DNA of 47,563 bases, taken from Chromera velia. Taxonomy: Eukaryota. A model generated the notes under the pieces. The model was not told where the DNA came from. It saw only the letters and a list, made by a program, of their open reading frames with translations, and ran no database searches. This document shows, piece after piece, positions 35,451-47,563 of this stretch. A program made the translations under genes and the position numbers. Position 1 is the stretch's first letter. Each line of letters opens with the position of its first letter. The stretch covers positions 1-47,563 of the forward strand of contig JAHBMJ010000436.1 of NCBI GenBank assembly GCA_018398765.1. Direction: 5' to 3'.

Positions 35451-36005
35451 ATGTGAGAGAGAGAGAGAGGGAGGGAGGGAGGGAGGGAGGGAGGGAGAGA
35501 GAGAGAGAGAGAGAGAGAATGAATGTCGGAGCTTTTGATAGTTTTGCATCTCATGTTGTCTTCACATCAACTCAGACTTTGCCGTGTCGGAAGGAAAAAC
35601 GGACCAGGTCCCAAAATTACAACAAGAACAGAGCAAGCGCTTCCAAAGCTTCGAGAAGAGTAAATGACGCAGACCTCAGATACATAAAAAGGAGCTCAAT
35701 GAAAGGGACAAACAACTGTGAAAAGAATGAACATTGATTCAAAGCCACAGTGACACAAAATGCAAAAGCAGAGCCTCCAAGCTCACCTTTTGTTCCTCCA
35801 AGTCACTGAAGAGATTCTCTAGAGACGTTTCCAGTGCCAGCACGTCCTCCCTCTCTGCTGAATTTTCCCAATTCAGAGAGGCTCCAGATTCGCGGAGGCC
35901 TACAGAGACCTTCACGGTGTCAGAGGTGGTAGAGAAGTACCTGCACAGAAAGCGGACGAAGGGGCACGCGAAAAAGAGGCAGGAAGGCGGGAAAAATAGA
36001 GACAG

Positions 36006-36082
<77 letters not shown>

Positions 36083-39000
36083 AGTATTTCTCGTCATCTC
36101 CGAAATCACACACTGATTTGTTGTGCTCTCACTAAAGACGAACAGGAAAAAGAAAGCAAGTAGAAGACAATCGATACAGATTCACGACGCAGACAGGCAA
36201 ACAGAGGAACAAGGGTACCAAGCCGAAGGATGCGAACCGTTTGTATTGCACTTCGTATCTATCCAGACTCGAGTCCTCAGTGAAGAAGGACGTGGTGGGA
36301 AAGGCCTCGCGAAGTTTGGTGACGCCAATGGCAGATCCCACCCATCCGGCCACGAAGATGCAGACAACCAGTACGTTGAACCACGTCTTGGTGAAGACAT
36401 GTGCGTAGAGGTTCACCATCCGGGCAATGAATCTCTCTGCTCGAATGGACTCTCCAATTGCTTTGAAACTTTTCTTTGATTTCAGACGACTCATCTGACG
36501 CCCCTTCATGTCCATCTGATTGCTCAAACGACTCTCACGGTGATCCCCTCCACCCGCTTCCATCTGATCTCCCTCTCCTCCCTCAGCTTCTCTATCTTCA
36601 ACTTTTTTACCTGCGACAGGTTCCAATTGCCGTCTTCTGCACGCACAAAAGGGAAATAAGATCGAAAAGTCGTCCGAAGAAAATAGCTTCGAGAAAACAG
36701 AAGATGTAAACCAACGAAGCCGCAAATAACCGAATGCACAGAGAGGCAGACAGATGCAGAGGTGGAACAACAAACAGACAATTAAGTAAAGAGGAAAATT
36801 GACTTCCCACGTTCCAAACCATCTACCTTGCATTTCTACTCACAGAAGGGGAGTGCTTGATTCATCTTGCGTAGACCGACAGAGCAGCAAAGGGAAGACC
36901 GGAATCGTGCACGTATTATGCACACACACACACCACGCATGCACATCCATACGCTTACTGTCCGCCCGACCGACCTGCAGGGTCTCCAGCAAAGTTCACA
37001 GTTTCCCCTTTTCCTCGAGCCAGAGTGCAGGACAAGCCAGGGTGCGAGGAAGAAAAACTGGGAGAGGAATTGCAGGGGGATCGCGGTGACTGCATAGAAG
37101 CACATGTCCCGGATGGCAGGCAGAGTACTCAGGGCACTCAGCGCAAAGAGGATCCAGTTAATCAGGGACGTCACAAGAATGGCGGGTCCGGCATTTCGCA
37201 CTGCCTTCATCACAACCTCCCTGTCACTTTTCTCGTGCGCATCTGCCTTCCTCGCCTCCCTCGTGTATTCCGACAGGACTGTGAACACATCGTCAACCCC
37301 AAAGCCCAGCAGCACATACAGAGTCACGTAGGTGACGGGACCGAAGGGAACTCCGGCCAGTCTGCATGCAGTGAATACAAGAAGGAGTCGGAACAAATAT
37401 TTGTGTCTGTGTTGTAAAAAAAAAACGCATTAAGTGCCCCCCAATCTTTGGACCTGCAACTCTTTTGGAACGGGATCAGACGACAACATAAATCAAAGCC
37501 CTTTTTTCTTCTTGCTCCCAGAGGGAATTACTTCTCGTCTCATGTCAACTTTTTTGGTCCCATCTACTCTCTGTTTGTTCTGCTTGATTGGCGAGTAGAA
37601 GTTCGAGGGTTTTCCCGCCTATCGCTGTCTATATACACTTAATTGCCTGCAGACTCCAACTTTGAATATCATTATTCCACATGCACACGCACGAGCGCAC
37701 CTGCAGATTCCGATGCTGGTGAAAATCGCCATCGAAGTTCCCAAAAGGCCCAAAATGGCGATTGTGCCTACAGAGTCTTCAGGGGACTCCACGCTGAGAT
37801 GGCCCAGGAAACAAACGAACGCAAGAGACCCCATCGAGATGAAAATGAAGGGCGACACGCTGGAAATAGAAGTGTTGACTTCGTCATTCGTTTGCCTAAA
37901 AAAGTTGCAGTAAATCTCCAGATCACCCCCCCCCTCTCCCCACTCTTCTCTCGAGGTATCCTTGAACGTGTCTACCATTTTCTGCTCCCACGCCAATGCA
38001 TCATCGAGGCGATCTGATTTGTACTGGTCCGGTCTGTCTGCTGTGGGGCCCACAACGAAGTAGTCGATCTTTGCGGCTTCTGCAGAGCTGCAGTGAGAGG
38101 GGGAAGGGAAAGGGACGGAGAGGTGTTCAGAAGAAGGTTCTGTCTAGACCTGACTATAAACAAAGCTGTGAAAGAGAATTTTCAAAAGTCTGTTGACACA
38201 GGACGCTTGCAAAACAAAAAAGAAAGAGGAACGGGCAAAAAGAGAGACAGGGAGAGAGGTTATTAAAGAAAGGTACCAAACAGCAAGCCCCCCCAACACA
38301 CACGCACAAACTCACACATACACGTTGCCGTTCCTCCCACACCCAAATTTAGACACATACCATCACCTGAGCTCTCAAAGTCACGTACAATCTCTAGACA
38401 GAAAAAAACTTGTGTTTGACCTCACACGAAGGGGTCGAAACAAGGTACAATGGTGAACGAGCAGGAAAACCGTGACTCAGCCTGCTTGCACAGGATCTCC
38501 AGCACACTGCATCACACGTAGGACAAACGTGCCGAATGTCCATGCAACCCGATGCCCTGCCTCAAAGCCGACAGACCGACCTGATGTTGAACAGGACCCC
38601 CCCCAACCCCAAGGTATCTGCTGTGGGGGCTTGCCCCCAGATATTCAGGTTGGTGGCATCGTTCAGGAGTGCAACAAGGGCTGCATCGGATGTCGCAAAG
38701 GGGAGGGCAGGGAAGGTAGGCAGGCCCGTCTTGTAACACACAGAGGGTGCGGCTTGAAAGCAAACGTCGGTGTAGTTCTTGAACACAGTCGAGTCATCAG
38801 GGTCTGCGTACTGGAGCCCGGTCACGTTGGAGTCGATGTTCGAAATTACCCCCAGGGACTCGAGAGTCAAGACTGTGCCTGTGGTACTACTGCGGTTAAC
38901 AACGATGACGGAGGACGGACGGATAGGCTCAGAGTCCCAGAGGCGGAAGTATTCGTTCTCCTCGTCCATTGGGCGGACTGAGGGGGGGAGCCTGCATGCG

Positions 39001-39720
39001 TGCGTCAACCCATTCAGGTCCATGGTTAGGGGCAGAAAAATAAGAACACGAATATCGCCAGACACACAGGTAGGCAGAGAATTTTTTTTTCTTTTCCGTA
39101 GAGGACATGCGTTGGCTTGTCTTTTCTCGTCGATTCCTGCTATTTATCAAAGGAGCAACATATTCTGTAGAGACACAAGTGTACACGCAGTCATCATGCA
39201 CCACTAAGGACATCCATCATTCAGTTGACTCACTTACCAGTCCACATCAGGGTTGGCACTCTCCTCCCACGTGAAGATGTTGGGAACGAACAGACCCACA
39301 CTCAGGGCGACCTGCGGATACTCCGATTTCAGCAAAGAATTGAGCAAATGAGGAAAGGTGACCGGTGTAAGAAGATAAAGGAGGCATGAGAAAAAAACAA
39401 GGACAGAGGAAAGCATGTCAACTATGCGCCCATTGTCCAAGAAAGAAACCAGTTCAGACAGAGGAAGAGGCATCTTCGCATGCCTGAAACAGAGATAAGG
39501 TGCACCTCAAAGAAACTGCACCCTGCGACAGAATTGACTCAGCACAACGGATGCGAGAAAGGGAGTTGCAGACAGACAGACAGACCCATAAGAGAATCCA
39601 CAGGAGAGGGAGTTTGGTTGTGCCTCCTGCCGCCCTCTTACAGAGGTCCTGAATGAAGTCGTCGAACTTTTGGTGGGCCCACTGCCAGCCTTTCAAGATG
39701 GTGCGAAACACGTTGCACAT
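33383..39720 (-). CDS. Patched-related / NPC1-like RND-family membrane protein with sterol-sensing domain; ~1053 aa
   Basis: Exons 39720-39586, 39311-39238, 38991-38581, 38087-37701, 37361-36975, 36636-36238, 35940-35787, 35241-35156, 34772-34559, 34297-33383 join in frame (3162 nt). Motifs LAWEQ, LLGFGVDDVF, AGPAILVTS, SWLRDF and GLGHAMLLLPSLL; two hydrophobic halves. Confidence 0.9.
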
Positions 39721-40149
39721 TTTGTCACCCGAATTGAACTTCTCTCGAATGTGTTACTCCTGCTTGCAACACCCACTCTGACCGAGAAAGTTGGCAGTTG
39801 AGACGTCCGGCTGTAGGAAATCAGCAATTGCTATGAGAAGACAAGACGGCTGTACGTTTGTTCCGGTTATCTTTCAGAGCAGTCGTTTCTCCGTTGAGTG
39901 TACTGGCTGTGGCAGCGCAACAGTGTTCTCCTTTCGGATTTACAAGTGGGTGTTGCATAAAAATTTGCGTGTCAATGTCGCCAATGTACGACTTCACAGG
40001 TCACGGTCACAAATGCAGTTCTACCTCCTCGTTGCATTTCAATGAGTGACCTGGCATGGAGGGCAGCTCGATCTCAGACGTACTGACTTCTCAAAAGAGA
40101 TGTGTTGCGAACCATACAAAGAAAGTGTCTGACCTTTTTACGTGAAGGC

Positions 40150-40210
40150 AGGTCCCGGCCGCCAAGCCGCGGCCGCGGCATGGTCGGACCCGCGGGGCCG
40201 CGCCATGACT
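40150..40210. promoter_or_regulatory. GC-rich element in the divergent intergenic region between the Patched-like and FTR genes (candidate bidirectional promoter core)
   Basis: Near-pure GC stretch with CCGCGG/GGCC palindromes; similar elements lie upstream of other genes in the window. Confidence 0.4.
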
Positions 40211-40445
40211 GCTCCCAATGTCATGAAATCACTTTTGGACCTTCCCCCCTCATGTGAAAAGCTTTGTGCTCAACGGTGCAGCGTCGGTGCTCAACCGAGG
40301 ACTTGCAGATCACCGTTTTTTCCGCAGAGGTAGATCGAACAAGAAAGAGTTTGAGAAAAATGGCGTCCGAAATGTTGTCCTTATTCTGTCTGTCTCCATC
40401 GTAGCACCAGCTGTGCAGTCTCCTCCTGAGCCCTCCTATGCAAGG

Positions 40446-41886
40446 ATGCGGCTGGGGTTGTGTGTCGCCGTTCTGTGCTTGGGTCCGTTTTCTTTAGATG
40501 TATCATCAGCCTTTGTTCTGAAAATGCCAGGGGCAAACAGAAGAGGGTTGCAGTTGCCTTCGGGGACCTCCAATTTTGGATCAACGAAGAGAGCTGCCCT
40601 CTTGTTGGAGAAGGAAACACCTCTCTCCTCCTCCTCCTCCACCCCCAAGAACTCCAAACCCCCTTCGCCCGTCTCAAAGGAAATGACGGCGATGTGGAAG
40701 TTCGCAGAACAGTACGCTCGTGTGACAGACACCGTGTTCTGCAGGTAGGCTTGTCAGACTGCGCTTCTCCCCGTCTCCTTTACCTCCGTCGAATCTCCCA
40801 CCCCTCATCCCACCTTTGTGTTAATTATCTGGCTGCGTGCAGTGAGCCTGAAGTAACGTCCACAGTGCTTCAAGGCCTTGCAGTGAACAAGGTGAGTAGG
40901 GAAATGAAGGGCTGTGACACCAAGAGAGAGAGTCCTCCTTCCGTATCGGCATTCTGATCTCCTCTCCCACTTGTGCCTCCCTGCAATTCTCTTTCTCGAT
41001 CTGATTGGAATGCTCTCGTATTGACGCGCTGGGAAGCCTTGGAATGGGTTGAAGAGTCTAGCATGCAATCTCCTTCCTCTTTTCCTTCCGTCTTTAATTG
41101 CTCCGTGAGACTCTCTCTCTCTTTCGTTTTCCGTTCCTCGCTCTGTCTCACTGTTACCGCACTTTTGATCTTCTTGCTGTCTGGGTTCCAATTTTCTCTC
41201 TGCATTGTAAGTTCGACTTTGCCTTTCTCCTGTAACACCAGAATCCGTTCTTCTTCTTCTTCTTCTTCTTCCACTCTTCCTACACACCCCAATGAACCGT
41301 CTTCTCTGGACTCCTTCTCGGTTCTTGTCTTCTTCTCTCTTCCAATGCACCCCTCCTTTTCTCTGAACGGTCTCGTGTCCCTTCCCTTGCTTGAGTGCAG
41401 AGGGAACTTGGGGCTCCCCTCTGTCCCTGTCGGTCCTACAACGATATGCAAGCAGAGGTGGGTGTTCTGTTAGTCATCCAATCCAATCCAATGAATTTAT
41501 ATACACCGGAGTACATTGTCGTGTCTCCGCATGCATCTTCAAGCTGTAGCTCCGAGGAAATTGAAGCAGGAGGTGGCCCCAACAATATGGACGGGTGTCT
41601 GCTCTTCGTGGGAGGCGGCTTTCATCATGTTTAAGTGTTTGTGAATTTGGATTGAATGCACTGCCGGCGTTTTTGCTGCCTGATTTCAATTTTTTCTGAA
41701 GGTTTTCCTTCCCGTTTTCCCACCCTTTCCCTCGTCCTTCTGTCTGCGCATCGTTTCAGATGAAGAGAGTAGAAGCATTAAGAAACCTTCATACATAGAC
41801 GTCATCCTCATCCCACCCCCTTCCCTTCCTCCCTCAGGTCAAAAACGCTTACTGGAACTGTCCATGTGTTCCTATGCAGGTTCGTG

Positions 41887-41964
<78 letters not shown>

Positions 41965-43021
41965 GTACATTCATCGGAATCTGCCGATGGTCTCAAGCGA
42001 GGGGGGGCACCGGGTTTCCATCCGGTCTGTATGGCATGCAGTGGTTGAAGAAGAGACGGGGAAAGCTGCTTAGCAATTGGTGGCAAAAAGGAAGAAGAAA
42101 CGTACTTGACGAAAAGTGTCTGAAATCGCGGTGGGGGAGCTTTCTGTGAGAGCTGGGATGAGTGGAATCCCGTTTGCTTTCTGTTTTTTTGTTTTCCTTC
42201 GTTCCTTCCTGGGTGCTTTCCTTCGTATACAGCCTGCCTGTATTCTGGAAAGCACAGGAAGACAGAAGAAACGAAAAAGATAGATCAGTTTGTTTCAATC
42301 CTTCCTTCATGGCTTCGTCCGTGCAGGAGAGGAAGGAGTGCCACTGCATGCTCTTCCTTCCCAAAGACACTGAATTCGCGGGGGAAACGGGGTAGGTCCC
42401 TCTTGTTCTTCTTTTCTTTTTCTGGCTGTTTTGAGAAAGCAAGGGAGGGAGGAAGGGAGGGAGGAAGAGAGCAAGCAAAAGACTGATCGACAGACAGACC
42501 CAACAATGATCGATTTGTCCGCCTAGTTCAAACTTTTGTTTGACGCCTTTCCTAAGTTTTTGCGACAATGTTGTGTTTCTATCCTCTTCTCTAACTGACG
42601 CACAAAGAGGCTGATTTGGAGGCAGAAAAGGAAGGAGGCAAGGAGAAAGAAGTGCAGCACGGACAAGTACAGAGACAGACCGTCTGGATGGGTGTGGAGG
42701 CAAACAGAGAGACAGTCAAACGGAGAGGCAAAGGAATGGAGACTGGCAAAAGGAAAAGACGGAAAAGTGACATTGCTACGCATCTATCCATCAACCCTGC
42801 ATTTTTAAAGCGCCGGATTCATGTACTGGAGACGCACTGGTGCATTGTGACATCCGTCTCCATCCATTCATGCATGCATCCGTCGATCTTCAATTTATTC
42901 CGTGTTGCTCCCTTGCAATTATGTGTGTGACTGTGTTCTTCTCTTCATTTGCAGAACAATTGATATCGAGCACCTGATCGCTGCCGAGGAGGCGGGGGCG
43001 TCGACGGAAGTCGTATTTTGA
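40446..43021 (+). CDS. ftrB: Ferredoxin-thioredoxin reductase catalytic (beta) subunit, plastid-targeted; 192 aa
   Basis: Exons 40446-40744, 40843-40891, 41401-41457, 41838-41879, 42327-42391, 42955-43021 join in frame (579 nt). Diagnostic LGAPLCPCR, YWNCPCVPMQ and ERKECHCMLF; N-terminal signal peptide ending SSA-F followed by an S/K-rich transit-like peptide. Confidence 0.95.
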
Positions 43022-43949
43022 CCCTTGACCCTACCTCCATGTTGTTTTGTTTTGTTTTGTTTCCACAGCCTGGGCTGATAAACGAATGGGTGCTTCCCAG
43101 GGTGTTTTTGCCTTCTTTTTCGTTGGACAAAGGGGGGGGAGGGGCACGGGAAAAGGGTCCTTTCCGTCTTTTGGATTCGATTTTCCGCTATCGGTGTACT
43201 TGGAAAAGGGAACGAATTAACAAAAACAGCGTGCGTTCTCATACGCACATCTGCATGTGCAAATGCGGGCTCGATTCATTCAACCGAAAGACCCGGCAGG
43301 CAATCCTTGCCGGCTATTTCTGAAGAGGCATGCAGGCAGGCCCCTTCGTATTCCTTATCCATCAATCGATCGATCGATCGATCGTCAATCAGTTTGCTCT
43401 CTCTCTCTCTCTCTCCCTCTCTCTCCGTGCGCGTGCACACATTCCTGCTTTCTGGGACCAAGAACCCGAACCCAGCAGATGAATTCAGTCGTAGTGGGGG
43501 GGGGGGCAGGGTGACACTGTGCATGAGTGCATGTTTGGTATGGTGAGGGGCACTTTAGAAGGCAGGAGGCTGCTTTGAAAAGGAGTGGGCCTGTGGGGCG
43601 TTTTCCTACGCACAATCAATTAGATGCATGCATGCATTCCGTAGTGGATCGATCCCTTCCGCCGCCTTCAGCGCGGCCAGCGGGGGGCAGAGAGGGAGAG
43701 GGGAACGATAACCAGATTCCGGCAGGGTTTTGGAGTTTCGAAAGGCGGGAGGAAGATCCATCGAGGCTATGTTCCTCACTTCAAGATTTTGGAGTATTCT
43801 GCTGTGCTTGTCTTTTGATGGCCGAGGTCGCGTGAGGCCACGTGCTTAGCTGCGTGCAAGTGTTACAGCAAACCCATGTATTGATAGAAGCTTCACAGCT
43901 GCATATTAGGAACAAAGCAAAAGCATAATAGAAATAAATGAAACCAGCC

Positions 43950-44012
43950 TCTGTGTGTGTGCGTGTGCGTTTGTGCGTGTGTGTGTGTGTGTGTGCGTGC
44001 GTTCGTGCGTGC

Positions 44013-44051
<39 letters not shown>

Positions 44052-44085
44052 TGTGTCTGTGTCTGTGTGTCCGTGTGTCTGTATG

Positions 44086-44116
<31 letters not shown>

Positions 44117-44132
44117 GTGTGTGTGTGTGTGT

Positions 44133-44170
<38 letters not shown>

Positions 44171-44175
44171 GTGTG

Positions 44176-44260
<85 letters not shown>

Positions 44261-44282
44261 TGTGTGTGTGTGTCCGTGTGTC

Positions 44283-44348
<66 letters not shown>
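43950..44348. repeat. Compound (TG)n/(TC)n microsatellite
   Basis: Direct reading. Confidence 0.95.
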
Positions 44349-44349
<1 letters not shown>

Positions 44350-45402
44350 ACCATGACCTCCGCAGCTGCACTTTGTTCTAGCCGTTCAAGAGTCTAGACC
44401 TGTAGATCTAGACCGTTCATTTTTCTAGTCATTTTTACGTTTGACTCGGTTTAAGCTAGGGTTTCAGAAAAAACCACCTAAATCTTTTTATAATTACGAT
44501 CAATTCAGACTCATTAAACCTTCAAGTTTGAATCTCCTATATTATAAATCAGACTCGGACTTTTATAGTATGGTCAGGCTCTAATATGGACTAAATAATG
44601 GCAGAGTTCACTCAGTTCATGGTACGACAGATCGCGACAGGAGACTAGTCAGGAAAAAGAAAAAAAGAAGTTATATTTGTGTCTGTTTTAAGCAGTTTGA
44701 AGTTTGAAACAGCCTGGCTAGGTTATGGTAGGTAACGGTTTGACTTATAAATTTGTTTTTACCGTTTTTAAATCCCGGGGCGAGATTTCCCTCATTGTTC
44801 CTCACTCTTTTTCGGAATCCGTTTCCTCCAGTACCCGCCTTTTTCCTCGACTCCTAGCTTGACTCTCTCTCTGAGTAGCCCTATTGCAACGAGAAGACTC
44901 ATCCAACCGACTAGATTGGAGAGTCCGACCTGCATCTGTCGCCCCTCTCATACACTCACCCTGAGGCTCCTCCGTTTCCTCTGTTTCTGAGGCCACGTTG
45001 CTTCCAGACCTTACAAGCCTATGATTCCTGGTATGGTTGGACGCAGCAGTGGGTGGAGGATTGTGTAATGCTGGCGCTGTTGCTGCTGCTGCTGCTGCTG
45101 CTGCAGGTGGTTATGAGGATGGATGGCCTATAGACCGATTAATAATGGCATATGATGAAGAAACCATGAATCAAACCGCTGTTTGAGGATCACTCAGTTA
45201 GAGCTTGAGACGGCATCTCGCTAGAGAGTTCTTCGGAAATTTTTTGCTGAGAAACAGTCTTGCTTGAACCCATTCTTCGCAGCGCCCGTCTCATGGTTTT
45301 GATCGTAGCAGAAAACTCTTTCTCCATTCTCCAGCTTCATTCTGTTCACTCTGTTTTTTCTGGCTCTCAGCTTTGGCAAATCGATAACCTTTTCCCCAGC
45401 TT

Positions 45403-46640
45403 TTGCTCAAAGCGAACTCCAATTTTGCTACAACTTCAGCATCTGTGTCCGCCCTTTCCACCTCGGCTGCCCTTTTCACACCAAACTTGTCACCTCCTGA
45501 AGCTTACGTCAATCCCTCCCCCCAGGTGACTCAGAGCGCTACGCCTTCTATCTCGCCCTCCCCACAAAGCGATGCCAACACGCCCCCCCCACAAAGCGCT
45601 TCCGTCTTGCCCTCCCCATAAAGCGATGCCAACACGCCCCCCCCACAAAGCGCTTCCGTCTCGCCCTCCCTACAAAGCGATGCCAACATGCCCCCCCCAC
45701 AAAGCGCTTCCGTCTCGCCCTCCCCACAAAGCGATGCCAACACGCCCCCCCCACAAAGCGCTTCCGTCTCGCCCTCCCCACAAAGCGATGCTAACACGCC
45801 CTCTACCAACAACAGTGCATCCATATCCTCCTCCTTGAATTTGAAAGGCGACTCTGTCAACCAAATCCTTGAACTCGTCTACTCCACTATCATGGACGTT
45901 GGTTCCTCAAAACCCCTCTCCCCACCTACTCCTCCTGAGGTTCCCCAAGCCCCAGTGTACTTCATTCACCTTTTCCTTGAAGGAGACTTTAGCGAAAACC
46001 CGTTTGGCCTCTCAGCTCAGACTGTTCGTAAGCTGTTTGACCTTTATGTACAGGAGGATCTGCCTTACTGTGACGGCGCAGATTTTCTTAGGCAAAGGGG
46101 CCTGGAGGCAGTTTTTCGTTGTGACATGACGGAGAAGCATGCCAACGATGTGATTGCCACCCGGGATGGGTGTTCGCTCTTTTCTGTTCGCGGGTATGGA
46201 GACGCGTTCCCTTCTTGTAAGGTGCGCCTTCATATCTGTGGAGAATCTCACCTTTCTGAATCAGAGCAGGAAGAATGCAATGTGCAACGTTCTTTGCAGC
46301 AGCTCTTCTCTCTGCTTCCTCCCTCTGACCACATGAGTCCTCGTCTGCGCCTCACTGCACAGATGACGACTCCCGGCGTCGTTTCTAAGTCAGCAAAGAA
46401 GTCTTAGCGTCAGAGGGCATGGGATTAGATTCAAGACGAGATTGGCTTTCTCGAACAGTTCGAAGAGGGGGAAGAACAAGCATCCAGCGGAGAGAACCTC
46501 TCCTTTGACACGTCTTTCCCATCAATTACACGCGCTGTGCGGGCTTTTGTCACACTCGAAAACCATCCAGCAGGAGAAGGAGACGGTGACCAACCTAGTC
46601 TTCAAAAGGGCAAGTTTGTTGCAACGTGACTGTGAGAACA
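45403..46640 (+). pseudogene. Stop-interrupted ORF with P/S repeats and a possible RRM-like domain (possible transposon ORF1-like remnant)
   Basis: Same frame runs through ORFs 45403-45621 and 45688-46407, broken by TAA where sister repeats have CAA, then by TAG codons. YFIHLF..LSAQTVRKLFDLY..AVFRCDMTEKHANDVIATRDG..KVRL loosely follows RRM spacing. Confidence 0.4.
45545..45802. repeat. 54 bp tandem repeat built from two related 27 bp halves (encodes PQSASVSPSPQSDANTPP)
   Basis: ACAAAGCGCT recurs at 45591, 45645, 45699 and 45753; CAAAGCG recurs every 27 bp. Confidence 0.92.
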
Positions 46641-47129
46641 GACTGAGTATGAAGCTTAGCAATAGGAGTTTGTTCTGTTTCTTATTTCTCTGTTTTCTTT
46701 CCTTTTTATCTCCCTTTCCCCTTCTCTTATAGATGAAAGACGCGAGCACAATGACCAAACGGTCTTTTTCTGAATTGTTCATCCCTTTGACCCTTTGAAC
46801 GCCTTCTTCGTCCATCTATTCCAATCCTTGTTCTCCCTCTTCACTGGTTTGCTCTGTCTGCTCTCAGTACCTTGGATTGGTTTGACTGTCGCAGCCTTCT
46901 ATAGTGAGGGATGGCACTTAAATCGATTAAGCATCATGATTCAGGCGCCGGGTTTCAGCTAGCAGACAGCAGCCCCACCCCGATGAGTGATGTAGGTCTG
47001 GCAAAGGGGCAATACAGCATTGTCCTAGACTCATGCATTGCATGATAGCCTATAGACCTATAGTACGGAACGAACGACAGACACATGGAGCAGGGGAGTA
47101 AGGGAGGTGGCTCTTCCAGTGGCTCTTTT

Positions 47130-47330
47130 TCCTCTTCTTCTCTTTCTGCCTCTTCTTCTTCTTCCTCTTCCTCTTCCTCCTCCTCCTCCTCCTCCGGATC
47201 ACGCCCCAAAGCACTGACCCTTCAGAATGAAGAGCAAAGAAAGCAAAGGAGCGAGAGGAACGCTTTGCCTTCCCTTTCTTCTTCTTCTTTTTCTTCTTCT
47301 TCTTCTTTTTCTTCTTCTTCTTTTTCTTCT

Positions 47331-47361
<31 letters not shown>

Positions 47362-47512
47362 CCTCTTCTTCTTCTTCTTTTTCTTCAGAATCTTCTTCTT
47401 CTTCTTTTTCTTCTTCTTCTTCTTCTTCCTCCTTTTCTCCTTCTTCTTCTTTTTCTTCTTCTTCTTTTTCATCTTCTTCTTCTTCTCCTGCTCTCTTCTC
47501 TTCTTCCTCTTC
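47130..47512. repeat. (CTT)n/(CCT)n trinucleotide-rich tracts
   Basis: Direct reading; poly-K/poly-E on the minus strand, coding status unknown. Confidence 0.9.
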
Positions 47513-47563
47513 CCCCGGACCTGGTGTGGGAAGGAACGTGGGTGGGAACGGACAGGGAGGGGG

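Noticed and set aside
43781..44397. Cys/Val- or His/Thr-rich ORFs (also at 112-834, 8348-8982, 28477-28819, 35201-35554)
   Set aside because: Translations of (TG)n/(CA)n/(TC)n microsatellites.
47050..47472. Poly-Lys protein
   Set aside because: (CTT)n microsatellite at the window edge; no splice or domain support, though an E/K-rich exon cannot be excluded.

Overview
Eukaryotic, intron-rich, microsatellite-laden nuclear DNA. It most likely comes from a photosynthetic alveolate such as a chromerid (inference from the signal peptide + F-motif plastid leader on FTR, TGCATGCA motifs and GTCAGT donors). Four genes could be spliced by hand into continuous frames: a metacaspase-like protein lacking both catalytic residues (7014-2846, -), an 11-exon AT-hook/NUMOD1-like HTH protein (18258-25527, +), a Patched/NPC1-like sterol-sensing-domain protein (39720-33383, -) and the plastid ferredoxin-thioredoxin reductase catalytic subunit (40446-43021, +). 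A partial secreted acidic protein gene lies at the left edge. Decayed mobile DNA sits between the genes: (1) a ~6.7 kb segment bounded by inverted AAATCTGACGG motifs that carries a tyrosine-recombinase-like remnant and a 4.6 kb minisatellite with higher-order structure; (2) a C2H2 finger + Vsr/DUF559/RAP-like nuclease pseudogene behind a structured repeat block; (3) two 5'-truncated LINE copies; (4) an RRM-like pseudogene. Repeated DNA shows recurrent CpA->TpA / TpG->TpA changes reminiscent of fungal RIP. All calls are manual readings with no database searches, and exon models need RNA-seq confirmation.
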